Shown here: one piece after another, positions 1 to 11,400 of the stretch
How the letters are laid out: the number at the start of each line of letters is the position of its first letter
Position numbering within the stretch: position 1 is the first letter of the stretch
Assembly: GCA_000165425.1 (NCBI GenBank)
Contig: CT868207.1
Coordinates: 372,001 to 436,000, forward strand
DNA from: Paramecium tetraurelia
Lineage: Eukaryota
Length of the DNA: 64,000 bases
Reading direction: 5' to 3'
Position numbers and translations under genes: made by a program
Notes under the pieces: generated by a model
What the model was told of the DNA's origin: nothing
Database searches by the model: none
What the model saw: only the letters and a program-made list of their open reading frames with translations

Positions 1-3000
1 TTAAAAAGAGAGATTGAAAATCCTTAATTGGAAACAATTTATTTGATTTAGCATATTCTAAGCCAAAGTTAAAGATATAAGAATTTGCAAATCAAAATTT
101 TAGAAATCGTAAAACAAGATGAGAACGAAGAAGAAGTAGATGACGATAAATATTTCAATCTAGTGCTGGATTTAATTAACCTTTATATAGATTAAAATAA
201 TATCTAACAAGCAAAAAATTGGTCAAAACAATTGAAAAAATATGTACAAGGCATCTAATATAATGAATCTTTGTTGTATCTGGTTGAAAATCTAGATAGC
301 ATGCTTTAATCCAAGTAAAAAAATATTGATTTGAAAGAACAAGTAAATAAGTTGTTTATGAAAGCTTCAAACATATGAAGAATTGTCTGAATTGGAGAGA
401 AAGACTAAATATTTTGAATAGGATGGTATGCCTGCCTACTTGATACCAACTAGATGGTTCAATAAGTGGAAAAGTTATGTAACTGACACAGCCTTAGAAT
501 TGCCTAATGAAAATTTGAATATCGAGAAAGAAATAGAGGTCTTAGAGAACATATTTAATGTTTCAAACGATCTTGACATTGAAGAATAAATTACTGCTCC
601 AGGTCCGATCAATGGATTTTAATTGATTTAGGCTCAGTCTACTCTTGAATTGGATCCCTTTGGTCCAAAGTCATATACGAATTATATTTTAAAAGAAAAT
701 ATAAGAGAAGGAGCGGATTTTATATTGGTTGGACACAAAATATTAGAATATTTCAAGAATATTTATGGTGGATTTGAGATCAAAAGATTAATAGTGGAAC
801 ATAGCCAAACACATTAAAAATATGTTGATGTAATAAGCTGATTAAAATATGAATAGTTAGTACCAAGGATGATACAATATATCATATTACCAAACGAGGA
901 GAAACATAGAATTAGATTAATAACTGCAAATAGTAGTGATTTAATTTTAGATTTGTGTAAGAAAGTGAATAGAATATTGAAGTTGAATAATGAGGTGAGA
1001 TGGTGGAAATTTAATGATTCTTAGAGTCAACAGGACTTTATAAAGAACCTATAAAGAAGAGAACTATATAAATAGATATCTGCAAAGGTCCTAGAAAAGA
1101 CCACAATGATCGATGAAATTAATTTCTCAAGTTCAGATTTATTTATTTGTGAAATTAAATATGGTAGGGATTGGTAGATGAGTGAAATTGATACAAAGTC
1201 GATGTCTTCTTTCAAAAGTAAAATTAATATATCTGATGTTCCTAAAATCATAAATGATTCTCGTAAAGGTGTGACAGGTCTATAAAATCTAGGCAACACT
1301 TGTTTTATGAATGCTGCCTTATAGTGTTTAAGTAATACTTACGAATTAACTGAATACATGGTTAGCAACGAATTCTTTTAGCATTTGAATTGTGATAATC
1401 CTTTGGGAACTAAAGGAGCCTTGGCAACTGCCTATGCTGAATTGATGAAGATAATGTGGTATGGAAATAACTCAGCAGTTAGTGCTTACGATTTAAAAAG
1501 AGTGATTGGTAAGTTTGCTCCTCAATTCTATGGGTATGGCTAATAGGATTCACACGAATTCTTATCATATTTATTAGATGGTTTACATGAGGATTTAAAT
1601 AAGGTTCTCGTTAAACCCTTTGTGAAAGAAGTTGAAATAACAGATGAAACTGATTTTGAAGCCTCTCGAATATTTTGGAATAATTATATTCTTAGGAATT
1701 AAAGTAAGATTCAATAATTGATGGTTGGTCAATATAAGTCAACTCTAGTTTGTCCAAATTGTCATAGAGTTTCAAAAACTTTTGATCCCTATATGAGTCT
1801 TTCGCTTCCAATCCCATCATACACATTAATACAATTATCCATGTATTTTATATATCAGAATGGGAAGATACCTTTAAAAATATAACTTAATCTTACAAGT
1901 GATCAAGATGCCAATTACATTGGATAGGAATTGTAGAAATCTTTAAATATTGAATAAGAATAGATGAATTTTATTTTATTAAAAGATCATTTGATAAGGG
2001 AGAGAGTTAAAAGAAAATAGAATGTAAAATGGATTCAAGAACATGAAGGACAATTGTTTATATATTAAGTCGAAAAAGAATTTCATTAATTATCAGATGA
2101 TCAAGTTCATGTTGATTTCTTTTATTGTAACAAGACGGATCGATCGAATGTTAATGAATAGATCATATCTTACCCAAGACAATTTGTATTAGCGAAACAG
2201 AAAAACATAATTGATATTTACTTTAAAATTTATCAGCAATTCAAACCCCACCTTATATTGGTTATCTAAGAACTTGCCGATTCATTACTAAATGAAGGTG
2301 TGAATATTGAAGAGTATTGCCAGAGTGTTCCTGAGACTTTAGAAGAATTCATTGAAGAGATGAAGCAATTCAAAGTTGAACTATACAAATTGGTACATAA
2401 TGGTAAGACATTGGAATACTTGAATTAAGATACGATTGAAAACTTTAAATAAAAATCACTCTCTATTCATGTGTTTTTGAATCCTCTTTTTGGAAAATCA
2501 GGATTACATAATCTGAAATTCCAGAGATGCAAAGATTTCAACAATGAACAAAATCGATAATTAAGAAAAGGGGAATATACTTTGGAAGATTGTTTACGAT
2601 CATTTGCAAAGGAAGAAGTCTTAGGTAAGGGGGATGAATGGTATTGCAATAGATGTAAACAACATGTCTAAGCCACTAAATAGATGGAAATTTATAGAGC
2701 TCCATAATTGTTGATTATTCATCTCAAAAGATTTAGGTCTGGCAATAATAGGATAAGTAGTTATGGAGGCTTCTTTTATTCTGGTGGTTCTCAAAAAATA
2801 ACAACGATGGTTCATTTTCCTAAAAAACTGAATCTGAACCCCTTTGTGCTTTCAAAAGTCAATGACAGTGATCCTATAGACTATAATTATGAATTGTATG
2901 GAGTGGACAATCATTTTGGTGGATTAGGAGGTGGACATTACACTGCCTGTGCTTATAATCAATTAATAAACAAGTGGGTTGATTATAATGATTCAAGTGC

Positions 3001-3091
3001 AAGACTCACATCAGCAGAGGTGGAAAGTGAGGCTGCTTATGTGTTATTTTATAGAAGAATAGACTCTCAAAAATGTAGTTTAGGAAGATGA
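1..3091 (+). CDS. Ubiquitin-specific protease with DUSP domain (USP4/11/15-like), 5'-truncated by window edge
   Basis: Code-6 reading gives DUSP motifs [22 protein letters not shown] and YGGFEIKR (~430-790), a Cys box [18 protein letters not shown] (~1277) and a His box [12 protein letters not shown] (~2912). TGA is at 3089-3091. Tiny introns at 343-364 and 830-856. Confidence 0.93.
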
Positions 3092-3122
3092 TTTATTTTA
3101 TTGGTAATGTATAATATATGAT

Positions 3123-4059
3123 TCAATCTTATTTTTCTTTATATCTTATGATTTTTCTTATCACCCAAGTTAATGTGAACACAATGACGAATGCGATTAT
3201 ACTAAGCAAGTTTAAGTAGATCTCCGAAAACACATAATACCAATTTCCGATGTATGGAAAAAAGGGATCATGGTCTGGTCGACAAAGCATATAGTTTAAA
3301 TTAGCCCAAGTCATTAATGAGATTGGCAACATGTAAATCTAAACTTCAAAATAGTGTACTTACTCTCTAATAAAGGACATGAGAGTCCCATCCGAACATC
3401 TGATGAACAAAGAAGGTCTTCCATTCAAAAAAGAAAAATCTTCCACTTAATGTCAAAGCCAAGGGACCTGCGAATGCTCCAAGAAGGTGTTCTATCCAAA
3501 AGAATTCCACTTCTAAGGGCAATTCCATACCTGTAGTAACTGGGAATTTCAGTGCCTTGAGTTTAGAATATAATTCTATACTGCAAATACTCCATATAGC
3601 CACCTTAATTGGCATATAAAAATGACAGCACTGAATTTATGCTTTTTCGTCAATAACACATATCCCTACATCAATAACACTATATGACATGGGTTATTCA
3701 TAAACACACCTATGTAATTGTCTTATTCTCACATATACCCCTTCCTGTATACAATTTATATCCGGTTTAAACAATAAATGTTCCCCAACATGCCAGACCC
3801 ACCAAGTACTCTAAAATACTAGGCTTCTTCCCCAAAGCTCTTGTCAATTCCTAGGATGTTTTTATTTTCGCCCAGCATTTTTCTTTAATTGATCAAATTC
3901 TTTACTCATCACAAGGAAACAAATTATTGCAGAAATCGTTGAGATTGAAATACGAAAGGTGTTAGTCATATCGTTATAGCATTTTGGTCCACCGTCGGAA
4001 AGGTGTTCATAAGTCTCCGTGTAGATGTTACCATAGAGTCCCCAACGTACAATATCCAT
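3123..4059 (-). CDS. TMEM164-family multi-pass membrane protein (putative acyltransferase)
   Basis: The spliced product has DGGPKC, GYKLYTGRGVFMNNPCHIV, FPVTTGMELPLEVEFFWIEH and NLNYMLCRPDHDPF. These match, in order, the TMEM164 motifs GGPDC, NPCH, LLPFELEIYYIQH and NLNNMLCPAISDPF. Several 23-29 nt introns restore the frame. TGA at 3123-3125. Confidence 0.85.
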
Positions 4060-4072
4060 TAATTAAAATTCT

Positions 4073-7000
4073 ATGACTTATTAACCAACTGTTTATGAAT
4101 AATAGCTGATCAGAGATCAAGGCGAAGATTTCAGAATTAGAGTCAAATCAGCCATCAAGAAATTCGACTCTATTGCTAACTTTCTTAAATTGTCTATGAG
4201 AAACATTATCAAAGAAATGGTTAAAGAATTGTTGTCAGTTGATGATGAAACTTTAGTGAACAACTTCTATTTTGTAACATACTAGAATTTATTCGATAGA
4301 AATATTTCACAAGATATGAGGACTAGCATTTTAGATTTATGATGCAAAGTTTAAATTTCATTTTTGATTAAGAGACTCATTTCGACTTTAATAATGATCT
4401 CAATTATAAATACATTGCTATTATATACACAGAACAAATTAGAAATTACCTTAAGGATCAGAATGACAAAGGATTATCAAGGTTATGGAACAAATTAAAT
4501 TTGCTTAAAAAACAAAAAGAAACCGATGAAGTCGAAGAAGGATTTTGGGATGGATTGGACACTGAAAATTGTAGTTAACAATCAAAGAATAAAAAGTTTG
4601 GCAAAAGTGTAAATCAATTATTCAATATCTAGAATGTAAATGAAAATGAAAATGAATTTTGTCATACCAGAAAGGAAATGCAATTGAAGGACTTATTAAT
4701 TTAATCATTACAGACCAAACTATTCTAGAGAGAATAGAATCTGGTTTAAACGACATAAGGCTATCTCAAAGAGTTGTAATCTTTAAGAGAATAATTATTT
4801 CGAAAAAATTAGACTCTCATAAGTCCAGACGAACCTTTTGAAGTCTCTTTTATGGATTTTACAGAAGTTCTTGATGCAAACATTAAGAAACTATTCACGA
4901 CTCACATAATCGATCTTAAATTCCAATTTAACAACAGGATTATTGATTACATCAAATTAATGTATTTTTGTTATTCATATTAAGATAGGCTCAGAGAGAA
5001 GAAATAAAAAACTATAAATTATAAATCTAAAAACTCAATCAACAAATAAATAATATTGATGGTCCATCTGAACTCTTAAAAAAGCTATTCTTAATTGATA
5101 ATAATCCATATAGAATTTGGAAGTATATTGCAGATTAAAAAGGCAATCAATTTTTCAAAGAAGTATTTGAATAATAAAAAGCTGTGTATGGGATCAACTA
5201 TCAAGAACTGAACAAACTATTAATGACAAACAAAGCCTTTGAAAGAGAGTATTAATTGTACAAGGAATAAATTTTATCAGAGCAATTGGTGTTTTTTGAA
5301 AGAGTTCAATAAGAAATAGAAGACATAAAGAAAAAATATATTAGGCTAGAATAAGAAAAGCAAGCAATTGAAAATCAAAGAGCATCAGAAAAATTCCAAT
5401 ATCTTACATTAGCTGCCTAGTATTATGATGAGAAGATTAAGCAAGAAATAGAAATACTTAATGAAACCAAGTAACAACAATTATAAGCAATTAATTTATA
5501 AACTACTCAGATTGATAAAATCAAAATTAAATTTGCATTCAAATTATGGCTAGTCATGAGTAAAGTTCATAAAAATGAAGATTTAATGAAAATCCTAAAG
5601 GAAAATGAATATTTTGATGAAAAACTAAAAAGCTTATAACTATAAAATTAAGAGATATCTCAATTATTAGCAAACGAAAAGAAAGCAAATACTAATCTAA
5701 TTGCTAAGTCCACTCTCTTGGAATTGGATTTAGAAAAGCAAAAGAAAGACTTAAATCATTATAAATGTAATTTATTAGAAAATTATCATAATAGTTGTAT
5801 TTGATGATTGGCAATAACAAAATTTAATGTTGTAAGAAAAACTAAACCAGAAAGAAAAGGAGTATTAACTACTTAACTCGTTCTCTTAGAAAATTCTAAG
5901 ATTAATTGATTCTAGATTAGCTAACGTAAAATTAATTAGATAATTAGTTAAAACCTTAAGACATAAATTTAGATGATAAATCGAAAGAAGTAGTTAGAAG
6001 TATTATGAACTCAATAAAATAGTTAAATATTAAATCCTTAAGATCTATTGAAGAGATAAAGTAATAAGGCTAATTGAACTTAGAAGTTTATGTATTGATT
6101 ATTTGTTAATTTTAAGCAAACTTTAACTTAGGAACTAAAAAAGCATTAAAGTACATAAACTGAAGGAATAGTTCCTACTTAAACAAAAGTAACAGAATCT
6201 TCAGATGAATAAAATAAAAAGGCAAATATAATATAGTAATCATAACATACCTAAGGTGAGGAACTGACTCAATAGCAATAATCAGATTAAGTAATTAAGA
6301 AAAATCAGTAGTAAATTAAACCTAAATTGATCGTCAATTAACCTCATGATAGTTAAGAAGAAATGTAATAGTAAAAAGAATTTGAAGAGTAATCAACTAA
6401 ATTATCTCCTTTAAAAGTATTGTAGAACTTTGATTATAAAAATGCTATCCCTTAAAAAAAGTAATCTCCAGATAAAACAGGAAAAAGATTTTAAGAGTAT
6501 TAAGATTATTAAACAGATTAAGTGATTTAACTTTTAGAAGTAAGTGAATAAGTTGAACAAGAATAAAATCAACTTCAAAAAAAAAACTAAAAAAGAGCTG
6601 AACAATCAAAATCATAAAATTAAAATAGAAAAAACTGTTTTACTAGTTAATTATAGAAAAGGTAGGATGATTCAAATCAACAAAATTTAATGTCGTCAAC
6701 AAGAAATAGCAGATCATTTAGGCTCAGAGCTAGTTCATAAAATAACAATTCTTCAATCCCAGTTGTTCATGAGAAATTATATGCCGATAGTTAAGAGAAA
6801 TAGGAAAGGATTAAAAATTTGAAGGAAAACCTAGAACTTTTGGAAAAAAACCATTGGGATAAGATTTTGGATTTATTTAGTTAATAGCCATCCGGCAATT
6901 ATGTTTTGAATAAATGCATTCCATCCAAAATTGATGAGGCTTAATTTTAGTTTCTTGAAACATCAACATATTTCTCCTAATAACATAAAAAATACTACAA

Positions 7001-7190
7001 TTCAACAAAAAGTAGAACACCAAATAAGGAAAAATATAAATCATGGATTATGAAATAAACAGGATGTATAGATAAAATGTTTGAAACTTTAAATAGTATA
7101 TCAAAGCCAAATTCTAATTAAGCAGATTCTATTATCAATTAGTCAACTTTATTACCAAATCACATTTTTGCTTTTAAAAAGAAATCTTGA
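4073..7190 (+). CDS. Hypothetical ~1000-aa coiled-coil / Gln-rich protein
   Basis: ATG at 4073 (MTYQPTVYEQQLIRDQGEDFRIRVKSAIKK) opens a long code-6 frame with tiny introns (e.g. 4274-4299, ~4962-4984) and Q/K/E-rich heptads. It ends FAFKKKS-TGA at 7188-7190. Internal exon structure was only partly traced. Confidence 0.7.
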
Positions 7191-8479
7191 TTATATTTAT
7201 AGCTAATAAAATTTATCAACATTTTTGAATAGCTTATTATCTGATCTTCAATTATTTGATTCTCTTTTTTTTTGATTTCATACTATTTTTAGAGATCATT
7301 ATATCTATTTATATAAGATCCTAAATCCATCATAGTGTTCAAAATTATATAATCCTTGAAATCCAAAAGGATTTAAATTTTGAAAATTATTTCTTTAACA
7401 AAAGATATCTTTTTACTTAATAGCAATCATTTAAGGATATAAAGGATTCTCAGTAAAAAATAATGAAAGGATTTAAATTTACTGATTTTGGTTTAATCAT
7501 ATCTCAGGATTATTTACCTAAAATGATTGGTGTGTATTATTTTTGTTGAATACTATCACAATTAAATTTTTATTAAAAAAGATTCTCAAAACAATTACTA
7601 TTCACAATTAATCAAAAGTAAAGTTTGGATCATCATCAAATAAATATATTCAGAATTAAAAACTTAATTATCATTTTAAAACGGAAATGCTTCCTTAACA
7701 ACGAGTATACTATAAATTATTTTCTATTTAATATTATTTTTTTTATGTTATTTACAATTTTAGATTCTTTGTAGTTTGACTTCTCTTAGCTTTTTCTCAC
7801 GAACTTATTCTTATTAATAGAGCATGATTGAATAAGTATTAAATGGATTAAAAATCAATAATTGATTTCAAAAGAAATTCAAAATTAGAATAGATAACAA
7901 ACAAGGGATAAATGTTATTGAATATTAGTACGTTAGGCTGCTCTAAAATAATTGGATCGGATTCGATTTTCAATACTTTAAAATGGGTAAGTCAAAATTC
8001 TTAAGAATTATTAATTTTGATAAGGCTACTTTGCTAATTAATTTTACTTTATTTCTATAATAATTCTTATGATATGAGTGGTGTAGGCACCACATTCATT
8101 AAGATAGTATAGTTAAATATAAAAAGAACTGAAATGTTTGCACATTATTACTTAAAATTTGATTGAAAGGTACCATAAAAATTGTTTAGTTTTCATATAC
8201 GATTTATCTAATTAGATAATGCTATTTGAAATAAGATACATTGAAATGTTAGAAAGAATATTTTATAATTTTAACGATTATCATAATTTTGATAAAAATT
8301 GTTTTGTGATAATTGGATAAGCGACAGGTCTAGCATGGGGAGAAGTGTTAATATGCTTATAATAATAATATATATAAAAAAAGTATTAAGTCCCCCCGGT
8401 TGGCTTTGTAATTTTTAACCTGATGTAATTGAGGATTTGATATTAATATTATATTTAATTACTTTTCAATATCAGTTAC

Positions 8480-11400
8480 ATGTTGAATAGTAAGAGAGCG
8501 CGTTGGATATTCCAAACAATTGCTGATTCATTTCGATTGAAGGATGCAAATTTGGTGGCGGTGAGTTTTGTTGTCTTATTTTGTTAGGAATTCTTAAAGG
8601 ACAAGACTAAACTTGAAAAATTCTTAGAGGGAGAAGGTCCATCCAAGATAATTATATACTACCAGATTTAGGATAACCAGCAATCTGATGATATGAAGGA
8701 GAATCAAAATGAGCCTTCACTCTTTATTTAATCTGGAGATTAAGAAAAAATCAAAGAGAAAGCCGTATGGTTTTTAAGAATGTAAGTACAGACATACATT
8801 TGTTTATCTATCATCTTCCTTATATTTTAAAATTAAATCTTTATGAATTTTATTTAGGACTCCAGAGGGCAAGACCGCCGTGAATCTCAATGAGACATAC
8901 GATAACTAAGTGATTTGGGGAGAAGTTTCACCCTCCTCGATTTCCTAATTGCATACAGTGATGGAAAATGTGTACTACCCATTGATAATTAACATGATGG
9001 ATGAGCGGGAATGGGGATAATGTGATGAAGAATCCTTAAAGGAATTCCATAGTCACACCAAGAAGTTTTCTTAGGAAGTATCAGAGGCAGTCAAACTAAT
9101 GAGGCCAGGACAAGAATTATTCAAATTCGATCCTGAAGAAGTGTAGAAATACTCCAATTCAAATAATGAATAAGAAAAAAACTAATTTTATGAAAGAAAG
9201 TTTGCCTAATGGATTGCAATCATTAATAACAAATTAGCTGAAGATCAAAATCCAAAGAAGGATAGTCCAGATGCAGGTCCAGAAGTTGAATTGAATTATT
9301 GGAAAACAAGAATGTAAGAAATTACTAATTGGTCTGAATAATTAAAGGGCAAAGACTTTGTGACTGTAAAAACTACACTCCAAAGAAACAAATAACATGA
9401 TAAGTCAACTAATAGAGGAGAGGAGAATATCAATAAACTCATAATGGAATATAGTAGACTTGATCTTTTGCTTACTGACAAATTAAATGAAGCCAAGGAC
9501 AATGTTAAGTATCTCTCAACTTTGGAAAAGTTCCTTGATCCATTATACAAAGGAACTCCTCAACAAATTATTGACACATTACCAGCACTTATGAATGCTA
9601 TTAAGATGATCCATACTATTGCTAGATTTTACAATACAAATGATAAAATGACTGGCTTGTTTGTCAAAATTACTAATCAAATGATTAAGAATTGCAAAGA
9701 GAGAATATTAAATGGAGGAAAGAATTAAGATATCTGGAATAGAGATCCATCTGAATTAAATGAAGTTCTTAGACAATGCATACAACTCAATAGAGAATAC
9801 AAGGATAGTTATAAAGAGACTAAGGAGAAAGTGGCTGATATGCCCAAAGGTAAAACATTCGATTTCCCAGAAACACAGATATTTGGTAAATTTGATACTT
9901 TTGTCAGAAGATTGGTTAAACTAATTGACATATTTTAAAATATCTAATAATTCTAGGCTTTGGCTAAACATAACCTAGAAGGTATGGAATAATTGACTGC
10001 TAAATTCAATTAAATCATTAAGGATTTCAAAGCCAAAAATCATGATTTGTTAGATACAAACAGTAATAAATTTGATAGAGATTGGGTTGAATTCAATGTT
10101 GAAATCTCCCATTTGGATATGTAATTACAATCATTCATTGATAATAATTTCAATAGATTGAGAACTATTGAATATTCACTTAAATTATTGAAGAAATTTG
10201 AATAAACAATCAAGAGAGATCAATTGAAAAATTCATTGGTATCTAAATATAATACAATATTGCACAACTATGCAACAGAATTAGACAAGATCTAACGTAT
10301 ATTTACTGATCAAAAATCAAGTCCTCCCATTGTTAGAAATATACCACCTGAGGCTGGTAAGATCATTTGGGCTAGACATCTATTTTTAAAAATCACAGGG
10401 CCTATTACTAAATTCCCTGAAAATGCTATTGATTAAGGAGAATTGAAAAAATATTATGGTGGATACAACACTTTGGGTAAATAATTGACAATCTATGAAA
10501 TGTGGTATTATTAGAATTGGTCAAATGAAATTGAAAGAAGTAAGGCTGCATTATAAGCCACTTTGATTGTAAGACATGATGAAAACAAAAAATTATATGT
10601 TAACTTTGATGTAGAAATAATGCAATTAATTAGAGAAGCTAAAGTATTGGATAGATAAGGAATTGAAATCCCAGAAAGTGCAAGAATCATTCTTTTATAA
10701 GAAGATAAATTTAAGATGTATTACAATGAATTACTTTATGTTCTGAAAGAATATGAAAGAATTATTTCAAAAATAAAACCAATTTGCAAAACATTGATTG
10801 GTCCACATGTTGAAGATTTAGAATTGAAATTGAGACCTGGTATGGTTACATTGACTTGGACATCAATGAATATTGATAGTTATTTGTAAAGTGTTCATGC
10901 AGGATTAAATAAATTGGAATAATTGATTATCACAATAAATGACATCATTGAAAATAGAATTGAGAACAATTTGAAAAACATTAGTAAAGTATTGTTGGTA
11001 CATTTACCATAAGAAAGCAAACCTTTGACTTTGGATCAATTTGTTAATTTGTAAGAGGAATACATAAAGACCAAGACAGATTATTTGATGAGTAAGAATT
11101 TGGAAGTCGAAAGAGCAGTTGATGATTTACTCTCTGTGATTAGAGAATATAAATTAGATCCACATGTTGAATATGCTGATCCTACAGAAACCATCAGAAT
11201 CAAGAGATATTACTTCTGGTATTTGTATTAAGCATTACTTAATTCAACTTAAAATTCACTCAATGCCATGAAATACAGAGTATGCGGAAAGAAAGGACCA
11301 GGACAATCAAGCACTTAAAATTTGAAACCATTCTTTGAAGTCGATGTTCAATTATTCAATAATCAAGTTAGATTGAATCCAAGTTTAGATGAAATATAGA

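Noticed and set aside
1027..1299. Standard-code ORFs antisense or out-of-frame to real genes (also 9296-9550, 14282-14569, 35167-35451, 44233-44424, 56392-56592 etc.)
   Set aside because: They are shadows of the USP, dynein, PMCA, adaptin and WD40 genes and have no independent motifs.
3840..3910. Apparent frameshift/premature TGA in the TMEM164-like gene
   Set aside because: Resolved by a canonical 23-nt intron GTAAAGAATTTGATCAATTAAAG.
7925..7980. tRNA-like fragment (…GGATTCGATT…)
   Set aside because: No acceptor stem, D-arm or anticodon arm can be built.
8782..8857. Intron-encoded snoRNA in the long dynein intron
   Set aside because: No RTGATGA/CTGA box pair and too short for a two-hairpin H/ACA RNA.
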